Origin: an uncultured Desulfobulbaceae bacterium | Lineage (GTDB): Bacteria > Desulfobacterota > Desulfobulbia > Desulfobulbales > BM004 | DNA: 64,000 bases | Direction of reading: 5' to 3' | Assembly (NCBI GenBank): GCA_945787325.1 | Contig: CALZHP010000001.1 | Location: forward strand, 73-64,072 | In this document: in pieces, positions 29,035-38,637 of the stretch | How the letters are laid out: each line of letters begins with the position of its first letter | Position numbering within the stretch: position 1 is the stretch's first letter | Program-made: the position numbers and the translations under genes | Notes under the pieces: generated by a model | Databases searched by the model: none | What the model saw: the letters and a program-made list of their open reading frames with translations, nothing else | What the model was told of the DNA's origin: nothing

Positions 29035-29997
29035 TTAATCCCCTGCTGTTTCGTAAATTGTTGCGGCCAGCAATGGTATCATTATCTCGTGGTGCCCAGT
29101 AATTGAATAGCCGGTACCTCCGGGAATTACAGGTCGATTAACAACATTAACCTGTGGTCTGTAATGCTGCTGCATATCAAAGTTTGCAGTAGTGAAACCG
29201 GTAACACCTCCTGCAACATTGCGGGCAACGGCAAGTGCTTTAAGAAATACCTCGGGCATAATCACAGCACTGCCGAAATTAAGAACGACACCACCGTCCC
29301 CAAGTTTCGATACGGTACATGCCATAATCCTGAAATCCCGCATAGATGCTTCACCGATTGCTGCTCCTTTGGCTGAGGGGTGCTGGTGAACAATATCAGT
29401 GCCGATGGCCACATGGAGAGTGTAAGGAATATTTAACCGGTAACATTCGGCAAGCAGTGCCCTTTTAACAAATTGTGGATTTTCATCTAGAAGCAGAGCG
29501 CCCACAGCTTCCCCGTATCCTTCTTTATTTTGAACAGCCCTTTCAGCAGCTGCGTTAACCAGTTGTGCAGTGTCTGATGCCATACCGAATGATCCATCCT
29601 CAAGTTGTTCAGCAACATCTTCGGAAGTATGACCAAAACGGGCAAGTTCGGTATCATGAATAGCGGCGGCACCGTTGGAGGCAATATGTGTTATGTATCC
29701 TTGGGAAACAAGATCAGCTAGGATCGGACTGCACCCTGTTTTAATGACATGGCCGCCAATCATGGCAATTACAGGTTTCTTTCTGGACTTGGCCCGGACA
29801 ACATCCGCTGCTATATTTTTTAGGTCGTCCGCTTTTAGAATAGACGGCAGGTTGGAAAGAAACTCACGAACAGTCATGCCTGCCTTTGGTGGTTTAGCTT
29901 CTTCTCCGACATGAACCTTTGAGGGCCTATCAGTTGCCGAATATGTGCGAACACCGGATAAATCTAACTCTTTATAACGACCCATTATTCGTACCAC
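29035..29997 (-). CDS. deoxyhypusine synthase-like (DHS-like NAD-binding fold) protein
   Basis: 320 aa. The pattern IGGHVIKTGCSPILADLVSQGYITHIASNGAAAIHDTELA resembles the DHS layout (S/T-G-x-R/x..I..LV....V..h..T.G...ED/HD). The call rests on remembered family features only. Confidence 0.45.
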   Translation of the reverse strand: MVRIMGRYKELDLSGVRTYSATDRPSKVHVGEEAKPPKAGMTVREFLSNLPSILKADDLKNIAADVVRAKSRKKPVIAMIGGHVIKTGCSPILADLVSQGYITHIASNGAAAIHDTELARFGHTSEDVAEQLEDGSFGMASDTAQLVNAAAERAVQNKEGYGEAVGALLLDENPQFVKRALLAECYRLNIPYTLHVAIGTDIVHQHPSAKGAAIGEASMRDFRIMACTVSKLGDGGVVLNFGSAVIMPEVFLKALAVARNVAGGVTGFTTANFDMQQHYRPQVNVVNRPVIPGGTGYSITGHHEIMIPLLAATIYETAGD

Positions 29998-30086
29998 TTA
30001 TATGTGATTGAAATTAATAACAAGAATTAATCTTATAGTACGGACCGGCTTACTTTTCAAGTTTTCAGGAAACAACAGAAAATAAT

Positions 30087-30896
30087 CTAGATATACTTGT
30101 TTATTCCATTATCACACCAGGTCGATTTGTTCTGTATGGTATTTTCAAGAATGAGATCATTTTCTTTAATATTGTCACGAGTGTTTTCATTATGAAACAG
30201 ATGATAGCCTATAGCTTTAAACCTGAGGTTGAGCCTCTTGACGCCATTACTCATAAGCCGGGCGGCAAATTCACTGTCTTCCCTGCCCCAGCCCACAAAA
30301 TCTTCATTAAATCCGTTAACAGCAATGGCATCTGATTTCCAGAAAGAAAAGTTACAAGTACGTATACCGGCCATTTTGCAGGAGATTTTTGTAAATACTT
30401 TTGAAAGTATTTCAGAACGGATCTGATTTTTTCTGTTTTCAATCCCTGAATCAGTTAAAGAAATCTTCAGCGATTGAGTATCAATCAGTTCTCTGGTTTT
30501 CTCTTTATTCAGCAGAACCCGAGAACCTTGAATAAACTGGCCCCTGAAAGCTGTCGACAAATGATCTTCAATAAATTGATCGCCCAGAATAATATCTCCA
30601 TCTACAAAAATAATATAATCCCCTTTCGCACGTGCAATAGCTTTGTTCCTGCTCATGGCAGCTCGGAAGCCTTTATCCTCCTGCCAGGAATGTATAACTG
30701 GAATTAAAGCAGTAGAAGCGATTTTTTTAACAAGATCCTCTGTACCATCTGTTGAACCGTCATCCGCCACAATAATTTCATCAGGTAATTTTGACTGGGC
30801 AAGAGCACTTAACAGTGATAACCCAAGAGCATCTTTCCAGTTATATGTTGTGATTATGAGAGAAGAAGTCATTTCGTTAGCAAATTTATTTATCAA
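30087..30896 (-). CDS. family 2 glycosyltransferase
   Basis: 269 aa. SLIITTYNWKDAL....IIVADDGSTDGT and FVDGD (DxD) motifs are present. Confidence 0.85.
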   Translation of the reverse strand: MINKFANEMTSSLIITTYNWKDALGLSLLSALAQSKLPDEIIVADDGSTDGTEDLVKKIASTALIPVIHSWQEDKGFRAAMSRNKAIARAKGDYIIFVDGDIILGDQFIEDHLSTAFRGQFIQGSRVLLNKEKTRELIDTQSLKISLTDSGIENRKNQIRSEILSKVFTKISCKMAGIRTCNFSFWKSDAIAVNGFNEDFVGWGREDSEFAARLMSNGVKRLNLRFKAIGYHLFHNENTRDNIKENDLILENTIQNKSTWCDNGINKYI

Positions 30897-32020
30897 ATCT
30901 TACTATTGGCTACACGAATATAGAGTTTTTCATATTCCTGGGCTGCAGTGTCCCATGAATTCTTTTCTGCTGTAATTCTGGCATTTTTCCCAATCGTTTG
31001 GCGAGTGTTTGAATTCTTAAGCCTGACAAGAATGTTGCTGATCTCCGAACTATCGGCAACAGTAAAACCATTAAATTCGTTTTCGATTAATGATGAAACA
31101 CCAGAATTGATACTGGCAATAACAGGAAGCCCACATGCCATGCCCTCCAGAATGCTCATACCGAATGCTTCTGATAGAGATGGAAGGACTACAACATCTG
31201 CAGCAGCATAATATTCCCGTACATTATCGGCAAGTCCGACAAACTTAACCCGGTCAGAAATCCCATGTTTTTCAAGCAATCGTTTGTAATGGTTCAGACG
31301 CTCACCCCTGCCCACCACAATTAATTTCATTCCAGGACCAATAGTTGGGATGAGAGAATCTAGCCCCTTGCGCCGGAACTCTGAACCCACAAAAATTACT
31401 GCCAAATCATTTTCTGAAATTTTTTCTCTTTTACGAATCTGACTTCGATTCTCGGCGATCCAGTCAGGGTTAAACCAGTTTATATCAGCTCCCGGAGTAA
31501 TTACAGAAACATTTTTACGTCGATGGTAGTTGACTAAAACATCTTCTTTTATAACAGAAGAGACAGCCACAAGCTGTGGCACAGACATTTGCTTATTTTC
31601 AAGCCATAAATGCAGACCACTTCTTGGACTCAAATATATCTGGGTCAGTTTCTTTATTAATGAATAGTGACTGGTAGCACCAATGTAAGAAAAACTGTGT
31701 AGAGTTGAAATATCCTGCGGCATATAGCCACGTTCATGTGAATGGATGACATCGTACTTTTTCCCACGAAGCAATTTTGCAGTTTCATGACCGAATGAGA
31801 AAAGATTTAAAACGCTTGAGTACTGCATTTTATTAGGCACTTCAATAACATTCATTCCTCGCGAAAGCTCCGGATCTGCCTCACGCGTATACAGGTCTAT
31901 AACATGACCTTTATTAGAAATGCGGCGGGCTATTTCAGCTGTATACTTTTGTGAACCACCTGTTGATACAAAACTTTTTACCAGTACAGCAATATGTAAT
32001 GATCTCATTTTCATGCTCAT
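30893..32020 (-). CDS. GT4 (GT-B fold, RfaG-like) glycosyltransferase
   Basis: 375 aa. The C-terminal EAFGMSILEGMACGLPVIAS motif is the E-x7-E type. Confidence 0.85.
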   Translation of the reverse strand: MSMKMRSLHIAVLVKSFVSTGGSQKYTAEIARRISNKGHVIDLYTREADPELSRGMNVIEVPNKMQYSSVLNLFSFGHETAKLLRGKKYDVIHSHERGYMPQDISTLHSFSYIGATSHYSLIKKLTQIYLSPRSGLHLWLENKQMSVPQLVAVSSVIKEDVLVNYHRRKNVSVITPGADINWFNPDWIAENRSQIRKREKISENDLAVIFVGSEFRRKGLDSLIPTIGPGMKLIVVGRGERLNHYKRLLEKHGISDRVKFVGLADNVREYYAAADVVVLPSLSEAFGMSILEGMACGLPVIASINSGVSSLIENEFNGFTVADSSEISNILVRLKNSNTRQTIGKNARITAEKNSWDTAAQEYEKLYIRVANSKI

Positions 32021-33231
32021 CAGGTTTCGAGATTCTTATATAATATTGCACTGGATATTGAGAAAAGAAGTGCTCCTTCATGTCCTTGCAGATAAGACTC
32101 AAATAGAGAAACAGTCATAAAGAGTAGCGGTATTGAATACCTCAGATGTCTCAAACTACCATGTAATCTTGCCGCAGTAATAAATTGTGACAAAAAAACC
32201 ATCAACAATACAATGGAACCGGTTAAACCGAGTTGTGCTTGTGTAGAAACATATTGATTGTGAGGATTATCTGTGGGCCTCATTAATGGAGACTTATTGT
32301 CGTTTATTTTTTTGTACTCATTTGGAAAATCACCGGTTCCTACGCCTAAAAGTGGATGGGCTTTTATTATTTCAAGTGAATTTACCAGAAACGTCAATCT
32401 TTCATCGATAGGGGTAACATCTTGTCCTGAATGATTTATGTTGTAGTTCCTGGCGTTTTGGAATGATGCATTAATTCTGGCTTGAAAGTTATCACTGAAA
32501 AAGTACGCCGTCAGAAATATTCCAGGAAGTAACAGTGCAATTATAAGAATTGCTGTTGCTTTTTTATTCTCAAAGTATTGATATACAAGAAGAGCAGAAA
32601 GAACAAAAAAACCAATTTGCCCTGCCCTGCCGGTTGTGATGAACATACTGCCTACCATTAGTAACAAGATAATACATCCTATAAACTTGATTGCGGTCGT
32701 GTTTTTTTTGAAAAGTAGGACATGTCCGAGTAGATAAATGGCAAAACCCAGGAACAGATTATATGAAATGCGGTCAATAAAAGGCGTTGGCTCTATTTGG
32801 CGAGCACCTTCAATAACTACAACTCCCAACCAAACAAGATACGAAGTTATGGCGGAAATGGCCATTGAACAAATAAAAGCTAATAAATAGTATTTGTAAT
32901 GTTCTTTTTTTACAGAGGTAAGAATAACTGCCAGGAGAATCAGCTTCCATTGTTTCTTGATAATAATCATGCCCCAGGACAGATTATCAGTCCATAATAA
33001 ACCCAAAATATGAAGAGCAACAAATACAATTACCACCATGGCAACTTTATTGGCAGATAATTCAGTAAATTTCCTTTTGAAATTTCCTTCGCATAACCAG
33101 AAAAGAATTGTTAGGGCCGATAATATGCTAGATGCAGCAGTAGAAATTGGCAGTGAGAAAATTAACAGAATGATTGTGCCAGAAATAATCGTACCGTTTT
33201 TCCAGTATTTTTTTATATATCCATTTGTCAT
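32020..33231 (-). CDS. O-antigen ligase (WaaL/Wzy_C) family membrane protein
   Basis: 403 aa with about 10-12 predicted TM segments. A large loop (ARNYNINHSGQD...PHNQYV) is typical of O-antigen ligase-like proteins. It sits inside the core-LPS cluster. Confidence 0.6.
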   Translation of the reverse strand: MTNGYIKKYWKNGTIISGTIILLIFSLPISTAASSILSALTILFWLCEGNFKRKFTELSANKVAMVVIVFVALHILGLLWTDNLSWGMIIIKKQWKLILLAVILTSVKKEHYKYYLLAFICSMAISAITSYLVWLGVVVIEGARQIEPTPFIDRISYNLFLGFAIYLLGHVLLFKKNTTAIKFIGCIILLLMVGSMFITTGRAGQIGFFVLSALLVYQYFENKKATAILIIALLLPGIFLTAYFFSDNFQARINASFQNARNYNINHSGQDVTPIDERLTFLVNSLEIIKAHPLLGVGTGDFPNEYKKINDNKSPLMRPTDNPHNQYVSTQAQLGLTGSIVLLMVFLSQFITAARLHGSLRHLRYSIPLLFMTVSLFESYLQGHEGALLFSISSAILYKNLET

Positions 33232-34154
33232 TTTTTCTGAGCTACACAGGTTATATAATCAGAAAGACAGCGTTTTTTTACAAAGGAAGCAAATATACCA
33301 CTTAGAGACCCCGCCCTGCCCTCTTTAATTGTGTGTGACCATGATTCTATCTTTAAGGGTTCATACCCCGTTTTGTTAAGCAATAATGAAAGGCTTTTCC
33401 TATTGAATGAGTAAACGTGCCAGGGGAAACCAAAATGTTTAAAATCACATTTCTTTAAACCCTTACGGCACAAGAATGTCTTCCACCTATCTGATATACC
33501 GAAATAATTTGGTACCTGTAAAAATAGATACGCATTTTCCGTGCTAATCTCGTTACATCGTATCAACAGTCGCACAGGATCATAAACATGCTCCAGCACA
33601 TCCCACAAAACTATCCCCTGATACAGATGTTCCGGAGTAAAAGTTTCAATTGATGTGTTATGAATAGAGACTCCAAGTTTATTTTGGCCAATCCCGGAAA
33701 GCATAGAACTTGGCTCAAGTCCCTCTACATTTTTGAATCCCTGTTTAGATGCTTCAAGACAAAACAAGCCCATCGAACATCCTACATCAAGAATAGTATC
33801 TTCTCTTCCAAGATATTTACTTACCAAAGCAGTTTTGAGCCTGGAAGTGACATAACTGCTGTCCATTGAAAACGTCCAATCATCATATGACCAGTTCTCA
33901 AATTTTGCATAATCATTACTATTAATGAATGCCGGTGTTTCGTATATTTTGAGGAGTGATTCTTCAGTAAATCTCGGTGAAGCGTACATAAGTTCACAAC
34001 TGGGACACTTAAGAATATTGACACCATTTTCCTTTGAATATACCAGGTCAGGATTAGGACGTTCAGGACTACAGATCGGACAGTTTACTTCTTCTGTCTC
34101 ACCTGAAAAATCACCACAAGTAATAATTTTATTTTGAGAATATTCTGATTTCAT
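33228..34154 (-). CDS. class I SAM-dependent methyltransferase with N-terminal zinc ribbon
   Basis: 308 aa. The zinc-ribbon cysteines are CPICS...CPSC, and SAM motif I is ILDVGCSMGLF. Confidence 0.75.
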   Translation of the reverse strand: MKSEYSQNKIITCGDFSGETEEVNCPICSPERPNPDLVYSKENGVNILKCPSCELMYASPRFTEESLLKIYETPAFINSNDYAKFENWSYDDWTFSMDSSYVTSRLKTALVSKYLGREDTILDVGCSMGLFCLEASKQGFKNVEGLEPSSMLSGIGQNKLGVSIHNTSIETFTPEHLYQGIVLWDVLEHVYDPVRLLIRCNEISTENAYLFLQVPNYFGISDRWKTFLCRKGLKKCDFKHFGFPWHVYSFNRKSLSLLLNKTGYEPLKIESWSHTIKEGRAGSLSGIFASFVKKRCLSDYITCVAQKK

Positions 34155-34176
34155 TCACGTAATTGTAACTCGATGT

Positions 34177-35040
34177 CTATAAAGGTTTTCTTAAAAAAAC
34201 TATCATTTCATGCCCCTTTCCCAGCAACTTTGAAGGTGCGTTGAGCGTTTCTGAAAAAATTTTAAAAAATCTGTAGGGGAGATATGGAATATCCCCCTTT
34301 TCGTAGAGCCCTACAGAGTGTGTTCTTATACTATGCACTTCAAATCCTGCTTTTTCAGCAAGCAGTTTCATGGTTGATGTTTTATAAAAACTGACATGGC
34401 CCCCGTGTATTTCAAGATGAAAATATAACCACCGCCCCTTCATAAACCTTACTGTAAAGCTGTCTGTATTTCCTGTTCTTAAGACCATATAACCGCCGGG
34501 TTTCAGTATCCTCAGGCACTCTTTCATCAGACTCAAGGGGTCCTTTAAATGCTCTATAACCTCAAATAGTGTAAGTGCATCAAAGGAACTCTTTTCAAAA
34601 TTTACATCTTCTATAAAACCCTGGTGGACTTTCAACCCGGCATTAACAGCATGTTGGGCTGGCCCGGGCGAAGGCTCAACTCCTTCAGCTTCAACTCCAT
34701 AAGAACATGCTGCGGAAACAAATGAGCCATTGGAACAGCCAACATCCAGCAAATGAATATTGTTTCTGGACGTTGACAATAACATTTCCAGTTTTTTTAT
34801 TATACGTCCTGTCTGTTGTTTCAGTCTCCTGGAAGCGCTCCCGATCGGCCAGGTGCCTTCAGGATCATCAAATTCCCGCATGGAAGAAAGATATGCAGCT
34901 TCACTACATTGGCTGACTAGCTGACCACAGGCTGAACACATTTTTAAAGGTCCCTCCGGCAGAAAAATGTCGGTTGGTAGTAAATCAGAATCGCAGCCGA
35001 CAGGGCAGGAAGTAATATATGAATTATGGGGAACTTGCAT
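34177..35040 (-). CDS. class I SAM-dependent methyltransferase with N-terminal Cys cluster
   Basis: 287 aa. The Cys cluster is CPVGC...CSACG. SAM motif I is LLDVGCSNGSF, and LFEVIEHL is also present. Confidence 0.75.
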   Translation of the reverse strand: MQVPHNSYITSCPVGCDSDLLPTDIFLPEGPLKMCSACGQLVSQCSEAAYLSSMREFDDPEGTWPIGSASRRLKQQTGRIIKKLEMLLSTSRNNIHLLDVGCSNGSFVSAACSYGVEAEGVEPSPGPAQHAVNAGLKVHQGFIEDVNFEKSSFDALTLFEVIEHLKDPLSLMKECLRILKPGGYMVLRTGNTDSFTVRFMKGRWLYFHLEIHGGHVSFYKTSTMKLLAEKAGFEVHSIRTHSVGLYEKGDIPYLPYRFFKIFSETLNAPSKLLGKGHEMIVFLRKPL

Positions 35041-36091
35041 ATTTTATTGAATTGTTTAGTAATTTTTGTGTGGCCTCGACAACCATATCAACAGAAATAT
35101 TATTCATACATTCCACAGATCCGCATGTTCTTTTTAGACATGGAACACACTCCAGATCTTCCTGCAAAACAATATTGTTTTCACCGTAAGGTCCGGTTCG
35201 TCCAGGTTTGGTTGGTCCGAACAATGCTACTACTGGTGTTCCCACAGCTGCGGCAATATGCATAGGCCCAGTATCCGTTGAGATGACTGCATCCGCTTTT
35301 TGATATAATGCTGCTAGAGTTTTAAGAGACGTAGCACCCGCAAGATTAACACTTCTCTTTTTCATCTGGGAAATTATAGAATTTAGAATCTCAACATCAT
35401 CTCTACTTCCAGTGAATACTATATCCACCCCAGAATCAACAAGCCTATCAGCAACCTTTGCAAATTTATCATTTTGCCATAATTTCGTATCCCATTTACA
35501 CATGGGGTTTATGGCGACAAGTTTCCTGGCAGAAGATACATCATGTTTTGCAAGTAATTCTCTTGCCTCCTGCCGGTTTTGTTCTTCAATCGGGAGGTCA
35601 AACACAACTTTGTCATATTTTACTCCTATAGCTTCAAGCAGCATTAATTCCCGACTAACAGCATGGTTGTCCATATTTACTGGCGGTATACGTTCATTTA
35701 GAAATATATAACTGAATTCTGAATGCTCCATTCCCCTGCCGTAACCAACCTTTCTCTTACCACGAGCCAGACCAATGAAAATGCCGCTTTTTAAAAGGCT
35801 TTGAAAATCAATGACAAGTTCATACTCTGTATCACGGAGTTCTTTTATAAAGCTTATTATCTGTTTGAAGACTGAAAAAAAAGATCCATTTTTAATATCT
35901 CTTATCCAGCTTTTTCGTCTGGAAACAAGCACACGATCAAGCGCCGGATGACCATCAATTATGTTTGATGCGGCCTCCTCGATAAACCAGGTTATACGTG
36001 CGGAAGGGTAATTACTGCGAAGTGCATTTAAGGCCGGAAGTGTATGAATAACATCACCGATAGCACTTGTCTTAACGAGAAGGATATTCAC
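35024..36091 (-). CDS. waaC: ADP-heptose:LPS heptosyltransferase I (GT9)
   Basis: 355 aa. The N-terminus MNILLVKTSAIGDVIHTLPALNALR is WaaC-like. The GT9 C-terminal motif STDTGPMHIAAAVGTPVVALFGPT is present. Confidence 0.8.
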   Translation of the reverse strand: MNILLVKTSAIGDVIHTLPALNALRSNYPSARITWFIEEAASNIIDGHPALDRVLVSRRKSWIRDIKNGSFFSVFKQIISFIKELRDTEYELVIDFQSLLKSGIFIGLARGKRKVGYGRGMEHSEFSYIFLNERIPPVNMDNHAVSRELMLLEAIGVKYDKVVFDLPIEEQNRQEARELLAKHDVSSARKLVAINPMCKWDTKLWQNDKFAKVADRLVDSGVDIVFTGSRDDVEILNSIISQMKKRSVNLAGATSLKTLAALYQKADAVISTDTGPMHIAAAVGTPVVALFGPTKPGRTGPYGENNIVLQEDLECVPCLKRTCGSVECMNNISVDMVVEATQKLLNNSIKYASSP

Positions 36092-36897
36092 TGTAATCTT
36101 TTTATTGGTGGGCTTGCAGGAGGTTGCCAGTTGGATTGTTTTTCATGAAGCTTGGCATACCGGTAAAAGGTCCCTTCAAAATTACCAAGGGCTATTACAA
36201 AACCGGCCCAACCATCCAATATACCTTTTTTCATTATCCAATGTTGAATAAACGCCCATATCGCATGCATAAATGCAGTCATCATGCCTGGCTTCTTGCC
36301 TCTATCTTCAAGCTTGGTGGCACCCAAAGTAGAATATTTATTTGCTTTATGCAGGATTTCATCAAAATTCTTGAATGGAAATTGCCAGATCGCCTGTTTT
36401 AAATACCCAAGAGGTTTTGAGGTATGCATAACATAACCTTCATGAACAGGGTCTAAAGTATAAGTCATCGTACCTTTGCGAAACAGCTGTGGTTGCCTGT
36501 AATTTGGATAAAATCCGGAATGCTTTATCCATTTACCCATAAAAAAATTCTTCCTGGGGACATGGTACACATCATGACCGGTTTCGTTATTGAGTATATT
36601 TAATATTTCATCACGCACTTCGACAGTACAACGTTCATCGGAATCCAGGCTGAAAATCCACTCATGTGTACACGCATCTATCGCCTTATTCCTTAAATCG
36701 CCGTATCCATTAAAGTCTATCTGTACTATTCTGGCTCCCAATGATTCTGCAATTTCGGCAGTTTTGTCTTCACTATGGGAATCGGCTACAACAATTTCGT
36801 CGGCCCACAGTACACTGTTTATGGCTGAAGCAATTTTTTCCTCTTCATTGAAAGCAATTATATAGGCCGATATTTTACTCATTTTATTATCTCCCAA
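36088..36897 (-). CDS. family 2 glycosyltransferase (LPS core type)
   Basis: 269 aa. ISAYIIAFNEEEKI...IVVADSHSEDKT and SLDSDE motifs are present. Confidence 0.8.
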   Translation of the reverse strand: MGDNKMSKISAYIIAFNEEEKIASAINSVLWADEIVVADSHSEDKTAEIAESLGARIVQIDFNGYGDLRNKAIDACTHEWIFSLDSDERCTVEVRDEILNILNNETGHDVYHVPRKNFFMGKWIKHSGFYPNYRQPQLFRKGTMTYTLDPVHEGYVMHTSKPLGYLKQAIWQFPFKNFDEILHKANKYSTLGATKLEDRGKKPGMMTAFMHAIWAFIQHWIMKKGILDGWAGFVIALGNFEGTFYRYAKLHEKQSNWQPPASPPIKRLQ

Positions 36898-36906
36898 AAG
36901 GGATTA

Positions 36907-37488
36907 TTACTTCTCTACTAACATATCCTGTAGAATCCATTCTACAGCTTCATAAAGATCATTCGCGATGAATCGAGGCTGAATTTCCTGGCCGGGACTG
37001 ATATATTCAAGGTCACCCTTTCCGTATCCTGTTAATACAAGAATAGGCGTCGCTCCAATATTAACTGCTGCTTTCAGGTCTGACCACCTGTCCCCTACTA
37101 CATAGGATTTTGTTAGATCGATTCCAAGTTCTACAGCAGCTTTTTCAAACAGGCCTGTTTTGGGTTTTCGGCAATCACACGCAATTTTATACTCGTCTTT
37201 TTTTGCTTCCGGATGATGTGGACAGATATAAATACCATCAACATGCGCATCATCATCTGACAACAGCCGAATCATCTTATCATTTACCTCATTCAGCAAT
37301 TCTTCTGGGAAGTATCCTCTCGCCAGACCGGACTGATTTGTAATAACAACAGCTGGAATTTCATTCTGGTTGAGAAGTTGGATAGCAGAAGCAACACCAG
37401 GAAGAAGATGAAATCGGGATATATGGTTTATGTATCCCATTTGCTCATTAATTGTCCCGTCTCTGTCTAAAAATACCGCCGGTTGCAA
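36907..37488 (-). CDS. gmhB: D-glycero-beta-D-manno-heptose 1,7-bisphosphate 7-phosphatase
   Basis: 193 aa. The HAD motif is FLDRDGTIN, the Zn-finger insert is CPHHP...CDCRKP, and GDRWSD is also present. Confidence 0.9.
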   Translation of the reverse strand: MQPAVFLDRDGTINEQMGYINHISRFHLLPGVASAIQLLNQNEIPAVVITNQSGLARGYFPEELLNEVNDKMIRLLSDDDAHVDGIYICPHHPEAKKDEYKIACDCRKPKTGLFEKAAVELGIDLTKSYVVGDRWSDLKAAVNIGATPILVLTGYGKGDLEYISPGQEIQPRFIANDLYEAVEWILQDMLVEK

Positions 37489-37489
37489 T

Positions 37490-38548
37490 TTAAGCTTTCT
37501 CCTCTAATGTATTAATTATTGCAGCATAAACTTCATCAGAGCTAATATCTTCCATACAGCTGAAATCTGTCTTACAATGTGTTTTCATGCACGGGCTGCA
37601 TGGCATATCTTTCTGGATGATAACATTATTGTCGGAATATGGCCCGGTTGTCACAGAATTTGTTGACCCAAAAATAGCAATAGTTGGCGTTTTCAATGCA
37701 GCGCCAACATGCATAAGACCGGAATCGTTAGTAACAAAAACATTGCACATTTCTATGAGCGTCATAGCTTCGGCAAGTGACGTTCTACCGGTAAAATCCA
37801 TAACCTTCTGCGGAGCAGCCTCGCTTATTATATTCGCTGTATCCCTGTCAGCATTGGTACCAAAAATAAGGATCCTGGTATTGTCCGGCAGATTTTTATG
37901 TATTATCATCGCGAGTTCGGCGAATTTATTTGCTGGCCACCTCTTGGCAGGTCCGTACGCTGCGCCTGGGTTGATACCAATTAACAAATCGTCTTCATGC
38001 GGTGCAACATATTTCCGCGAACTTGTTCTGGCTTCTTCAGGGAGTTGTAAGAAAAGTTCAGTGGGTGACGGATTCAAGCCCAGATCCTGCAACAAACCCT
38101 GATAATAATGGACCTGATGAATTTTTTTTCTATCAATTGGAAGCTTCACACCATGTGTAAGAAGAAGACCTCTACCGTCAGTTGTATATCCTGCCCGGTT
38201 AGGAATCCTGGCCAACGCCGTAATAAGCGCTGCTTCAAATGCGTTCTGCAGCAGTATTGTCAAATCAAAATGTTGTTCCTTCAAGTCTTTTACGAGTTTA
38301 AGTCTGCCTTTTATACCACTGTGTTTCCCTTTTTTTTCATACAGAAATATCTTATCGACAAATGGGCTTGCCGCAAACACATCGGCAACCCACGGCAAAG
38401 CGAGAAGGGTTATCTCCGCTTCCGGAAAATTCTCACGGATTGTGCGAACTGCAGGTGTAGTCATTATACCATCACCAATCCAGTTAGTGGATCTTATGAG
38501 AATTTTTTTGGGAGAAATTGAAAGTATAGAGTGTTTCATTAGTGTCAT
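37490..38548 (-). CDS. waaF: ADP-heptose:LPS heptosyltransferase II (GT9)
   Basis: 352 aa. The N-terminus ILIRSTNWIGDGIMTTPA is WaaF-like. The C-terminal motif TNDSGLMHVGAALKTPTIAIFGST is present. Confidence 0.8.
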   Translation of the reverse strand: MTLMKHSILSISPKKILIRSTNWIGDGIMTTPAVRTIRENFPEAEITLLALPWVADVFAASPFVDKIFLYEKKGKHSGIKGRLKLVKDLKEQHFDLTILLQNAFEAALITALARIPNRAGYTTDGRGLLLTHGVKLPIDRKKIHQVHYYQGLLQDLGLNPSPTELFLQLPEEARTSSRKYVAPHEDDLLIGINPGAAYGPAKRWPANKFAELAMIIHKNLPDNTRILIFGTNADRDTANIISEAAPQKVMDFTGRTSLAEAMTLIEMCNVFVTNDSGLMHVGAALKTPTIAIFGSTNSVTTGPYSDNNVIIQKDMPCSPCMKTHCKTDFSCMEDISSDEVYAAIINTLEEKA

Positions 38549-38564
38549 TTAAAAAGTTTCTAAC

Positions 38565-38599
38565 AAAAAAATCACCCGAGTGATTTCAACTCGGGTGAT
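38565..38599 (-). terminator. rho-independent terminator downstream of the YcaO-TPR gene
   Basis: On the minus strand the sequence reads ATCACCCGAG-ttgaaatca-CTCGGGTGAT, a perfect 10-bp stem, followed by TTTTTTT. It starts about 40 nt after the stop at 38638. Confidence 0.85.
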
Positions 38600-38637
38600 C
38601 TTAACAACTTATGAATATAAGTAAATATTTTTATGTA

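Noticed and set aside
37587-38521. Long plus-strand ORFs (171 aa and 137 aa) opposite waaF. The same kind of ORF occurs at 60619..61101 and 56181..56495 (opposite the PKS), 44348..44845 (opposite the kinase), 8945..9331 (opposite recJ), 19706..20224 (opposite parE), 25199..25525 (opposite coaX) and 2552..2842 (opposite lysC).
   Set aside because: Each lies entirely antisense to a gene with strong family motifs. Their translations are low-complexity or Cys/Ser/Leu/Phe-rich with no recognisable motifs, and they lack Shine-Dalgarno sequences. They are typical shadow ORFs.
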